Source: a virus. From it: a stretch of 43,161 bases of DNA. Under the pieces are notes generated by a model. It worked only from the letters and a program-made list of their open reading frames with translations. It had not been told where the DNA came from and made no database searches. This document shows, piece after piece, positions 8,986 to 16,755 of this stretch. The translations under genes were made by a program, and so were the position numbers. How positions within the stretch are numbered: the first letter of the stretch is position 1; every line of letters begins with the position of its first letter. The stretch lies in UHGV virus genome UHGV-0191544. The stretch is one strand, 5' to 3'.

Positions 8986-9186
8986 TCAGGCAGCCTTGTT
9001 ATTCTGTTTACCAAGTTCTCTGGCAGTCATTGCCGTCGTTCGTATTGCCCATTTATCGACATATTTCCCATCTTCCATTACAGGAAACATTTCTTCAGGC
9101 TTAACCATGCATTCCGATTGCAGCTTGCATCCATTGCATCGCTTGAATTGTCCACACCATTGATTTGTATCAATAGTCGTAGTCAT
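8986..9186 (-). CDS. Small Cys-rich protein, 66 aa, possible zinc ribbon
   Basis: Cysteines at positions 11, 17, 20, 26; ORF directly downstream of N. Confidence 0.4.
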   Translation of the reverse strand: MTTTIDTNQWCGQFKRCNGCKLQSECMVKPEEMFPVMEDGKYVDKWAIRTTAMTARELGKQNNKAA

Positions 9187-9264
9187 ACGGATAGTCCTGG
9201 TATTGTTCCATCACATCCTGAGGATGCTCTTCGAACTCTTCAGATTCTTCTTCCATATCTCACC

Positions 9265-9564
9265 TCAAATAAGTGGTTTGCTGCCTAATTTAATTTTCTG
9301 GCGACCAACACAAGTCACCCCCATTTCACTGCGTGGCTTGCGGTAGTAAATACGGTTCTGTTTACGCTCGACTTCATCTGCCTTCTTGCAGAGAAGGCTT
9401 CCGAGTGATGCTACTTTGTCTGCTCTGACGCAACCAGAGAGCTTTAGCGCAATTTTTCGCGCCAGTCGCTGCTCTTGCATCGCCTGTTCACGTTGAGCCT
9501 GTCTGCGTGCTCTGCGGCGATTTCTGGCGTTATCGTCAGCCAGATATGTAATGACTACTGTCAT
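9265..9564 (-). CDS. N: N-type transcription antiterminator
   Basis: N-terminal arginine-rich motif NARNRRRARRQAQREQA; first gene after PL/nutL. Confidence 0.7.
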   Translation of the reverse strand: MTVVITYLADDNARNRRRARRQAQREQAMQEQRLARKIALKLSGCVRADKVASLGSLLCKKADEVERKQNRIYYRKPRSEMGVTCVGRQKIKLGSKPLI

Positions 9565-9964
9565 GTTGACCTCCGATGAAACAACTTTGGAATTTTTTTT
9601 ATTACAAAGTGGTTTCCTTCCCCGCCAATTAGACGGGGATGGAAGAGCATTTATGAGCCTTCATGGACTCTGCTCGATCAGTTCTATTTAATTAATCTCT
9701 CAACTGAATGTAAGTATTCACATAAATCCTCCTACCTCTTGTGCAGCTTTCTTGAATATGGTGGCGGCTGCATAACGCCTATGGAATTGACTTTGGCGAT
9801 TGGATGGCCGGTGCTGAACTCCGGCTTACTGGTTAGAGCGCCCGCACTACCAGTGACGCTGTCTTGAGGCGCAGATTGGTTACTGCTTGCCATGAGCGCT
9901 GTTTATACATTGGTCGAGCATCAGCCTGCTCATTCATCCAATCCCAAAGCCAACTACTCTTTGG

Positions 9965-10007
9965 TTCCCGCATTTCGGCGGGACAATCCCATCAATGTTA
10001 AAGAGCC
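9965..10007 (-). promoter_or_regulatory. nutL: boxA-like GGCTCTTTAA plus boxB hairpin GTCCCGCCGAAATGCGGGA
   Basis: boxB is near-identical to the nutR hairpin; lies just downstream of OL on the leftward transcript; approx coordinates. Confidence 0.55.
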
Positions 10008-10054
10008 TGCCAATCTGTTCCGTTTGGCTTCCAGCGTCCTGCTGATGGCTAAAG

Positions 10055-10139
10055 AATACTGTAGGTATTTTATTGTGTAAATACCCAAGGTATTTATTTT
10101 TGATGAAATAACGATAAGCAAATGAATACAAAGGATATT
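10055..10139. promoter_or_regulatory. OL/PL region with three AATAC-N5-GTATT operator sites
   Basis: Sites at about 10055-10069, 10080-10094, 10125-10139 (third has one mismatch); same motif as OR. Confidence 0.55.
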
Positions 10140-10225
10140 TATTTTTTCGGTGTCTGCTTGTTCAGTGCTTTTTATGCGGGATATGTGAAGTGGATCCCGA
10201 TAGCTATTGCTGCCGGGATTATAGG

Positions 10226-10594
10226 TTAGTCAGCGAAGGTTAAGACGAGAATTACCTTAATGATGTCTGCTACAACAGACACGGCCATAGATAAACCAAA
10301 GACGATCCAAGCCACAGTGATGTCTTCACTACCATCGTATATAGTTCCGTAATCACTGGTGTAAGGCGTAAATGTCGCGCCTTGATACAATAGGTATAAG
10401 CTTGATCCATAGAGGATAAATGCAGATATCCCTTGTATTGCTATGATCACCAGAATCATGAAACGAGCTGATCTATGCGCCCAAGCCTGGCTTATTTTTT
10501 CTGATAGAGATTTCGCAATAAAAGCATGCGCTAAGCCGTAAATTGTCGAGATTGCCAACATCCCAAAAAAGCTTGCTATAGCGGTTCCAACCAT
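10226..10594 (-). CDS. Polytopic membrane protein, about 122 aa, co-transcribed with cI (rex/sieB position)
   Basis: Track ORF 10226..10615 overlaps cI stop; likely ATG at 10594 with AAGGGG SD; 3-4 hydrophobic helices. Confidence 0.6.
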   Translation of the reverse strand: MVGTAIASFFGMLAISTIYGLAHAFIAKSLSEKISQAWAHRSARFMILVIIAIQGISAFILYGSSLYLLYQGATFTPYTSDYGTIYDGSEDITVAWIVFGLSMAVSVVADIIKVILVLTFAD

Positions 10595-10611
10595 AATCGC
10601 CCCTTGCGTGA

Positions 10612-11328
10612 TCAAACCAGCCTTAGTTTTGTCTCAATTGCAACGCCTATAATCTTGCAGTTTCCATTGATTGGCACGAGAGGCCATGCAGGATTAAGTC
10701 CCTTGAGGTATTTATTTCCGCCGTCGATTATCAGCTTCTTGAATGTTGCTTCGTTAGAGTCAGAAAGTTTTGCTATGACCAAGCTGCCGTTGATCGCCTC
10801 CCTTCCGGTATCGAAAAGAACGAATGTTCCCTCTGGAATGCTTAACCCAACCGGTGCCGTCATTGAATCACCTTCCACTTTAAGCCAGAACGCATTACCT
10901 TGAATATGCGCGTCAGACTCAAGCCAAACATCTATGTCTTTAATGGTGTATGGTTCGCATGCTTCACACCACGAGCCAGCCTGGATACTGCTTAACACCG
11001 GATACCTCTTTCCTGCTCTGTATTCCCCTGCATACCTTACGTTGGCATCGCTCTTAAGGCTTTCTGCCTGTTCTGCAACCTTGGCAGCAATTGACTGGCT
11101 AAAATCAGCAATTGAGACTTGCAACAGCCGTGCAAAACCAGATGCAACCTCAACGTTTAGCGCGTTTCTGCCATTAAGATAATGCCCTACCGCTCCTTGG
11201 GTGATACCCAGTTCATCAGCGATTGAGTATTGGGTTATTCCCAATTCTTTCTTTTTTGACTCATACAAAGCCTTAAGCCGCTTAGCGTCTTCGAGCTGTT
11301 CTGTCGTCAGTGATTTTTTATTTTCCAT
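10612..11328 (-). CDS. cI: CI-type prophage repressor (HTH plus LexA-like S24 peptidase domain)
   Basis: Closely resembles lambda CI (LTQEQLEDARRLKAIY..., FWLEVEGNSMTAP...) as recalled. Confidence 0.9.
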   Translation of the reverse strand: MENKKSLTTEQLEDAKRLKALYESKKKELGITQYSIADELGITQGAVGHYLNGRNALNVEVASGFARLLQVSIADFSQSIAAKVAEQAESLKSDANVRYAGEYRAGKRYPVLSSIQAGSWCEACEPYTIKDIDVWLESDAHIQGNAFWLKVEGDSMTAPVGLSIPEGTFVLFDTGREAINGSLVIAKLSDSNEATFKKLIIDGGNKYLKGLNPAWPLVPINGNCKIIGVAIETKLRLV

Positions 11329-11339
11329 AGCTTAATTCT

Positions 11340-11403
11340 AATAGCTAAGGTACTTAAACTAAAAATACCCTGAGTATTGATTGCTTTGAATACCTGTAGT
11401 ATT
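11340..11403. promoter_or_regulatory. OR region with three operator sites between cI and cro (PRM/PR)
   Basis: AATAG-N5-GTACT (11340-54), AATAC-N5-GTATT (11364-78), AATAC-N5-GTATT (11389-403); spacing 24-25 bp. Confidence 0.6.
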
Positions 11404-11428
11404 CTTTGTTCATGGTTAATAACGGAGA

Positions 11429-11629
11429 GTGCATATGATTCGAATGACACTTGCCGATTACGCCAAAATCCATGGACAGGCTAAAGCAGCCAGTGACTTT
11501 GGTGTAATCCAGTGCGCTATCAGCAAGGCCATTCTGGCAGGCCGTAACATTATGGTTACGGTAAAGCCTGATGGCAGTGTGATTGGAGAGGAAGTTCGTC
11601 CTTTCCCAAGCAACAAGAAAAACAAATAG
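11429..11629 (+). CDS. cro: Cro repressor
   Basis: Resembles lambda Cro ([38 protein letters not shown]...) as recalled. Confidence 0.85.
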   Translation: MHMIRMTLADYAKIHGQAKAASDFGVIQCAISKAILAGRNIMVTVKPDGSVIGEEVRPFPSNKKNK

Positions 11630-11635
11630 TAACAC

Positions 11636-11680
11636 CGCTCTTTAACAGTCATGGTCCTCATTCCCGCCGAAATGCGGGAA
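11636..11680 (+). promoter_or_regulatory. nutR: boxA CGCTCTTTAA plus boxB hairpin TTCCCGC-CGAAAT-GCGGGAA
   Basis: Consensus boxA followed 15 nt later by a 7-bp stem hairpin, between cro and cII; approx coordinates. Confidence 0.55.
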
Positions 11681-11737
11681 TACAACGCGCATAAGTTGAT
11701 GCGCATAACTTCTTATTTGTTAAGGAAATACTTACAT

Positions 11738-12016
11738 ATGGAACTTACAAGTACTCGCAAGAAAGCGAATGCAATTACAAGCAACATCCTGAATCGAATT
11801 GCTGTACGTGGTCAGCGAAAGGTTGCTGACGCGTTAGGAATTAATGAATCGCAAATTTCGCGATGGAAAGACAGCTTCATCCCCAAAATGGGAATGCTTC
11901 TTGCTGTTCTTGAATGGGGTGTTGAAGACGAGGAGTTGGCGGAACTGGCTAAGAAAGTAGCCAGAATGCTGACAAAAGAAAAAGCCCCGAAGAACGGCGA
12001 ATTCTTCGAGGCCTGA
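11738..12016 (+). CDS. cII: CII transcriptional activator
   Basis: Matches lambda CII core (SQISRWK...IPKxxMLLAVLEWGV); ATG at 11738 with AAGGAAA SD. Confidence 0.85.
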   Translation: MELTSTRKKANAITSNILNRIAVRGQRKVADALGINESQISRWKDSFIPKMGMLLAVLEWGVEDEELAELAKKVARMLTKEKAPKNGEFFEA

Positions 12017-12050
12017 TGTAGAAAGACTGGATCAATCCACAGGAGTAATT

Positions 12051-12212
12051 ATGACAAAACGTCGTAAGAAATACCAGGAAAAAGAAGAGATTCGACACCC
12101 TGATTCACCTGAGGGATTAGTGGTAGCCGCAGCAAATAACAGGGCGTTCGCAGAGCGCCTTGTTGGTGTTTACAGACTAGCCAAAGCAGGAGTGAAACAT
12201 GGGCGTCGTTAA
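12051..12212 (+). CDS. Small basic protein, 53 aa, between cII and the replication gene
   Basis: ATG 5 nt after AGGAG; overlaps O-like start by 14 nt. Confidence 0.3.
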   Translation: MTKRRKKYQEKEEIRHPDSPEGLVVAAANNRAFAERLVGVYRLAKAGVKHGRR

Positions 12213-13089
12213 GTTAGCTGATTACAGGCATAACCCTGTACAACATCAGGAGGCATCCAGTATGGGGTATGTCTCTATACACCGCCAGTTTATGGACAGC
12301 AGACTCTATAAGGACTCTCAGGCAGTACATCTTTGGCTTCACTTAATCCTCAAGGCTAATCACGAATCTACTGTCGTCAATACGGATATCGGTCCGATAA
12401 CTGTTGATCGCGGTCAGATGATAACTGGACGCCCGTCGCTGGTCAGAGAAACATTCATTCCAGACAACAAAGTTCGGAGCTTATTACGGACTTTTGAGTC
12501 GAAAGGGATGCTTAATATTTGCTCGATGGGGAAGAAATTTAGCCTGTTTACAATCGTTAAATATGACGATTTTCAGGCAAAAAATTGTCCAACGGTTGTC
12601 CAACAGTTGTCCAACGCAAACACCAGTAATGGCGCGGCTCTCAGCGGAGATTGTCCAACGGTTGTCCAACGGTTGTCCATAAACAATAATATAAATAATA
12701 TCTCTAATACTGACGTATTAGAGAGTGCCACAGCAGACAAAAAGTCTGACAAGAAAAAACCTTCCGTCAGCTGTCAGGATGTTGTCGATGCTTACCACGA
12801 AATCCTTCCTGAAGCGCCAAGAATCCGCGCACTGAATGACAAGCGTAAAAACCAGATCCGAACGTTCTGGCGCAAAGCCGGAGTGATAACCCGACAGCTT
12901 GAAGGGCATGGTTTCACGATGCAGGACTGGAGAAATTATTTGAGCTACGTAGGCGAAAATTGCCGATGGATGTTCGAAGAGCGTCCAAACCATCAACGCG
13001 GAACTGTCTGGCACAAAAAGGGATTTGATTTCCTGCTTAACGATAATACCTACCTGAAAGTTCGTGAGGGTGAACACGATGACCGATAA
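12199..13089 (+). CDS. Replication initiator (lambda O / P22 gp18-like), contains origin iterons
   Basis: Position upstream of helicase; iterons embedded in coding sequence; start may be internal Met at 12262. Confidence 0.65.
   Translation: MGVVKLADYRHNPVQHQEASSMGYVSIHRQFMDSRLYKDSQAVHLWLHLILKANHESTVVNTDIGPITVDRGQMITGRPSLVRETFIPDNKVRSLLRTFESKGMLNICSMGKKFSLFTIVKYDDFQAKNCPTVVQQLSNANTSNGAALSGDCPTVVQRLSINNNINNISNTDVLESATADKKSDKKKPSVSCQDVVDAYHEILPEAPRIRALNDKRKNQIRTFWRKAGVITRQLEGHGFTMQDWRNYLSYVGENCRWMFEERPNHQRGTVWHKKGFDFLLNDNTYLKVREGEHDDR
12585..12680. repeat. Origin iterons: six 11-bp TTGTCCAACGG-type repeats in two clusters, followed by AT-rich tract
   Basis: Clusters at about 12585-12617 and 12651-12680; AT-rich 12681-12720. 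Confidence 0.7.
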
Positions 13090-14515
13090 TTTTTATGCGC
13101 CGCCCCATAGCATCGAGGCAGAGCAGGCGGTGATTGGTGGATTGCTTCTGGATGATGACAGCAGTGAGCGCGTCCAGAAAGTTCTGTCGATGCTGAAGCC
13201 TGATTCATTTTACAGCCGACCACACAAAATCCTTTTCGAAGAAATAACCAGAATGCACCGGGAGCAAAAGCCAGTAGATGGCCTGACGCTTTTCGATGAA
13301 CTGGAGCGTAAATCGTTAACGGCGTCTGTTGGCGGTTTTGCTTATATCGCTGAGATCGCAAAGAACACGCCAAGCGCCGCAAACATCGTTGCCTATGCAA
13401 TGCAGGTTCGTGAAACCGCAATGGAACGCTACGCCATCAACCGCATGACTGAAGCGACGGAATTGCTCTATTCCCGCAACGGAATGACTGCAACACAGAA
13501 GTACGAAGCTATTCAGTCGATTTTCACGCAACTGACAGACCATGCAAAAACCGGATCGCGTCGCGGCCTTCGTTCATTTGGTGAGGTCATGGAAGACTGG
13601 GTTAGCGACCTTGAGAAGCGATTTGACCCGTCAGGCGAACAACGAGGAATGAGCACAGGGATCCCATCGCTGGACAGGATGCTGTCACCGAAAGGTCTGG
13701 TGAAAGGCTCTCTGTTTGTCATTGGCGCTCGCCCTAAGATGGGGAAAACGACGCTATACAGCCAGATGGCAATCAATTGCGCAGTGCATGAGAAAAAGCC
13801 CGCTCTGATGTTCAGCCTTGAAATGCCAGGTGATCAGATACTGGAAAAACTGGTAGGGCAGAAGTCAGGTGTTAACCCGAATATTTTTTACCTTCCGGCG
13901 ACAAATGACTCTGATGACGGCTATCAGGGTGATTACGATGGTGACTTCAACAGGGCGATCGAAACAGCCAATCGCTTGAGTGAAATCGACATGCTTTACA
14001 TCGACGACACGCCGGGATTATCTCTGGCTCAAATCGTCAGCGAAAGCCGTCGAATCAAGCGAGAAAAAGGATGTGTTGGCATGATTCTGGTCGATTACCT
14101 GACACTAATGACCGCTGAGAAGGCCGATCGCAACGACCTTGCTTACGGCATGATCACCAAAGGACTGAAGAACCTTGCCAAAGAGCTTGATTGCGTTGTT
14201 GTGCTTCTGACACAGCTTAACCGCGCACTGGAAAGCCGAACCAATAAACGCCCATTACCAAGTGACTCACGAGATACAGGGCAGATTGAACAGGATTGCG
14301 ATTATTGGGTGGGGATCCATCGTGAAGGTGCTTTTGATGACAGTGTTCCACCTGGTGAAACCGAACTAATTCTTCGTCTCAATCGTCATGGCAATACCGG
14401 CACGGTGTATTGCATTCAGGCAAATGGCGCTATTTATGACACAGACCAACAGTCTGCTGAAATGCGCCGCCGTGAACGCGAGGAACCGCAATCCAAGAAG
14501 AAAGGAGGATTCTGA
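13064..14515 (+). CDS. DnaB-family replicative helicase (P22 gene 12-like)
   Basis: Walker A GARPKMGKTTL; DnaB-like N-terminal domain; about 483 aa. Confidence 0.85.
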   Translation: MRVNTMTDNFYAPPHSIEAEQAVIGGLLLDDDSSERVQKVLSMLKPDSFYSRPHKILFEEITRMHREQKPVDGLTLFDELERKSLTASVGGFAYIAEIAKNTPSAANIVAYAMQVRETAMERYAINRMTEATELLYSRNGMTATQKYEAIQSIFTQLTDHAKTGSRRGLRSFGEVMEDWVSDLEKRFDPSGEQRGMSTGIPSLDRMLSPKGLVKGSLFVIGARPKMGKTTLYSQMAINCAVHEKKPALMFSLEMPGDQILEKLVGQKSGVNPNIFYLPATNDSDDGYQGDYDGDFNRAIETANRLSEIDMLYIDDTPGLSLAQIVSESRRIKREKGCVGMILVDYLTLMTAEKADRNDLAYGMITKGLKNLAKELDCVVVLLTQLNRALESRTNKRPLPSDSRDTGQIEQDCDYWVGIHREGAFDDSVPPGETELILRLNRHGNTGTVYCIQANGAIYDTDQQSAEMRRREREEPQSKKKGGF

Positions 14516-14598
14516 TGACCATCTACATCACTGAGCTAATAACAGGCCTGCTGGTAATCGCAGGCCTTTTTATTTGGGGGAGAGGGAAGTGTGGCTGA
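14515..14598 (+). CDS. Small hydrophobic peptide, 27 aa
   Basis: ATG overlaps helicase stop; SD AAAGGAGGA; sequence MTIYITELITGLLVIAGLFIWGRGKCG. Confidence 0.3.
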   Translation: MTIYITELITGLLVIAGLFIWGRGKCG

Positions 14599-14917
14599 CT
14601 GGCAAATTCCAATCATCATTCTTGCCGGAGCTTCGCTGGTTGCTGGATTTATCCTGCTGAAAAAGCATAAAGACCGCGATCAAAAAGTCGAAGTTCTCTA
14701 TGGGTATCCAGCGAACAGCACAACATGGCTGACCATTTACCACTACCGAAAATCAGGCCGCTGGGTATTCGAATGGGATGATCTGTTCGCTGAAAAGCGA
14801 CCAAAGTCATGGGGAGACATCAGCGAATGCATGATGTTTGAAGAAAGAAAATCCGGCGCAACCCGAGAAGAGTTTAACGAAGCGTGGGCGCGATTAAGTG
14901 AGAGAGGGTATTTGTGA
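14591..14917 (+). CDS. Hypothetical protein, 108 aa, N-terminal membrane anchor
   Basis: GTG start after AGAGGGAAG; hydrophobic N-terminus. Confidence 0.45.
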   Translation: MADWQIPIIILAGASLVAGFILLKKHKDRDQKVEVLYGYPANSTTWLTIYHYRKSGRWVFEWDDLFAEKRPKSWGDISECMMFEERKSGATREEFNEAWARLSERGYL

Positions 14918-15114
14918 GCAAGTACGAAAAATTAGATCAAAACATTCTTTCAATGCTGAGTGAAAGACCAACACCTATTTTTGATATCTGGCTTAAATGG
15001 CGGAGCAATGGAATGTATATCGAAACCATCGATCGCCGTATGCAATACCTGAGAAAGAAAGGGCTTGTTGCAAATGTGCGTGGGAAGGGTTGGGTGAAAA
15101 TTAACCTGTCATAA
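14914..15114 (+). CDS. Hypothetical small protein, 66 aa
   Basis: ORF start overlaps upstream stop. Confidence 0.45.
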   Translation: MSKYEKLDQNILSMLSERPTPIFDIWLKWRSNGMYIETIDRRMQYLRKKGLVANVRGKGWVKINLS

Positions 15115-15125
15115 CGGGGATTGAT

Positions 15126-15434
15126 ATGGACGAATCAAGAAAGCAGTTTGAGGAATACGTTGCCAAAAAATTGAGATTACCATTCGAGATGATAACCGAG
15201 GCAAGAAATGGTGATAGGTACTTCGCATTTTCAAGCATGGATATTCGTCACTCCTTAAATGAGTGGTGGACTTTATGGCAGGCATCGCGAGCAGTTATCG
15301 AGATTGAGCTGCAAAAGCCAAAGAAAGGCCCACTTCCCGGTGATTATCACATTGGCTATGACTCAGGTGCAGAATCGCAATACGAAAGCGATGTAGATGC
15401 TATCCGCGCCGCTGGAATCAAAGTGAAGGAGTGA
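15126..15434 (+). CDS. Hypothetical protein, 102 aa
   Basis: ORF in nin-region operon orientation. Confidence 0.45.
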   Translation: MDESRKQFEEYVAKKLRLPFEMITEARNGDRYFAFSSMDIRHSLNEWWTLWQASRAVIEIELQKPKKGPLPGDYHIGYDSGAESQYESDVDAIRAAGIKVKE

Positions 15435-15622
15435 GCATGAGTCGACGAAGTAGCTTTTTGGGGTTTGTAATATTCCTGTCCTGCACTGGTTACATCGTGA
15501 TCTGGTCAATTTCGAACATTGACCGTGGCGGGGAATATCTCATTGTAATGTTCTTTCCTTTGTTTCTTGGGTGGTACGCCGCAAGGTTGCTGGAAGAATG
15601 GGGTTACAGGCATAAAAAATAA
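15431..15622 (+). CDS. Small membrane protein, 63 aa
   Basis: Two hydrophobic segments; start overlaps upstream stop. Confidence 0.4.
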   Translation: MSMSRRSSFLGFVIFLSCTGYIVIWSISNIDRGGEYLIVMFFPLFLGWYAARLLEEWGYRHKK

Positions 15623-15633
15623 AGGAGTGTTCA

Positions 15634-16044
15634 GTGAAGCAAACAATATTCCTCCGAACTAAGCAACAACAGCAAGCCGCAATCAACGCCATCCTCGCAA
15701 CACCACTCGATAAAGACAAGCCAGTCACCATCCGCATTATTGACTACAAGCGCAACCTTGATCAGAACGCAAAATTTCACGCGATGCTGGCGGATATCGC
15801 ACGTCAGGTTCAATGGTGCGGCAAATGGTTAAAACCGGAACAATGGAAGGTTTTGTTGATCAGCGGTCATGCAGTGGCAACAAAACAGGAAGCTGATGTT
15901 TTGCCCGGCCTTGAAGGCGAATACGTCAACATTCGCGAAAGCAGCGCGCAGATGAGCGTGAAGCGTATGGCAAGTCTGATTGAGTACACGACAGCATGGG
16001 CTATTGGTCAGGGTGTCAGATTTACCGACAGGAGGTACGAATGA
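15634..16044 (+). CDS. ninB: NinB (Orf-family recombination mediator)
   Basis: Similar to lambda NinB as recalled (LDQNxKxxAxLxDxxRQVxWxGxWL). Confidence 0.75.
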   Translation: MKQTIFLRTKQQQQAAINAILATPLDKDKPVTIRIIDYKRNLDQNAKFHAMLADIARQVQWCGKWLKPEQWKVLLISGHAVATKQEADVLPGLEGEYVNIRESSAQMSVKRMASLIEYTTAWAIGQGVRFTDRRYE

Positions 16045-16217
16045 GGCGACAGCGACGAAGTATCACCGACATCATCTGCGAAAACTGCAAATACCTTCCA
16101 ACGAAACGCTCCAGAAATAAACGCAAGCCAATCCCAAAAGAATCTGACGTAAAAACCTTCAATTACACGGCTCACCTGTGGGATATCCGGTGGCTAAGAC
16201 ATCGTGCGAGGAAATGA
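16041..16217 (+). CDS. ninE: NinE-like protein
   Basis: Internal Met of track ORF 15996..16217 gives [22 protein letters not shown]..., resembling lambda NinE as recalled. Confidence 0.55.
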   Translation: MRRQRRSITDIICENCKYLPTKRSRNKRKPIPKESDVKTFNYTAHLWDIRWLRHRARK

Positions 16218-16219
16218 CA

Positions 16220-16579
16220 ATGGATTATTCACAGTTAAGTGATTTTGAAATTAACGTGGCGGTATTCGAAGCCATTCATAACGGATCACCGGATTACAAA
16301 GAAGGTGAGAATGGCGATATGGTGTTTATCTCATTTGAGGGAGACATTGTAAACGGAGACGCAGTTGAAGTAGAAGTTGAGCGCGGATCATTTAACCCAT
16401 GCGTAAACCCAGCAGACGCATGGCCGATTATTGAAAAATACAGGATTAGCATTATCAATCTCGATGAAGACGAGTGGGGTGCACGCGGTGTGGCCTACTG
16501 TAAATCTAAGCGAGCTATACATGAAAATCCCCTCCGCGCCGCCATGATTGTCTTTCTCATGATGCAGAGAATCCAATAA
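16220..16579 (+). CDS. Hypothetical nin-region protein, about 119 aa
   Basis: Internal ATG with GAGGAAA SD within track ORF 16178..16579. Confidence 0.45.
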   Translation: MDYSQLSDFEINVAVFEAIHNGSPDYKEGENGDMVFISFEGDIVNGDAVEVEVERGSFNPCVNPADAWPIIEKYRISIINLDEDEWGARGVAYCKSKRAIHENPLRAAMIVFLMMQRIQ

Positions 16580-16755
16580 TGCTTAGCCCATCCCAATCCA
16601 TTCAATACCAGAAAGAAAGCGTCGAGCGGGCTTTAACGTGCGCTAACTGCGGTCAGAAGCTGCATGTGCTGGAAGTTCACGTGTGCTCCGATTGCTGCGC
16701 AGAACTGATGAGCGATCCGAATAGCTCAATGTACGAGGAAGAAGACGATGAATGA
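16579..16755 (+). CDS. ninF: NinF-like zinc-finger protein, 58 aa
   Basis: Hand-translated MLSPSQSIQYQKESVERALTCANCGQKLHVLEVHVC..., matching lambda NinF as recalled. Confidence 0.55.
   Translation: MLSPSQSIQYQKESVERALTCANCGQKLHVLEVHVCSDCCAELMSDPNSSMYEEEDDE

Noticed and set aside
9892-10131. Plus-strand 62-aa ORF and minus-strand 65-aa ORF
   Set aside because: They overlap the OL operators and nutL; the region is regulatory.
10604-11182. Plus-strand ORFs of 99 and 82 aa
   Set aside because: Antisense within the cI gene, whose translation clearly matches lambda-type repressors.
12585-12680. CRISPR-like repeat array
   Set aside because: The repeats are 11-bp iterons with no spacers, inside a replication gene; the only other tandem repeat is the (GAGCCA)x5 hexamer. 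No CRISPR array is present.
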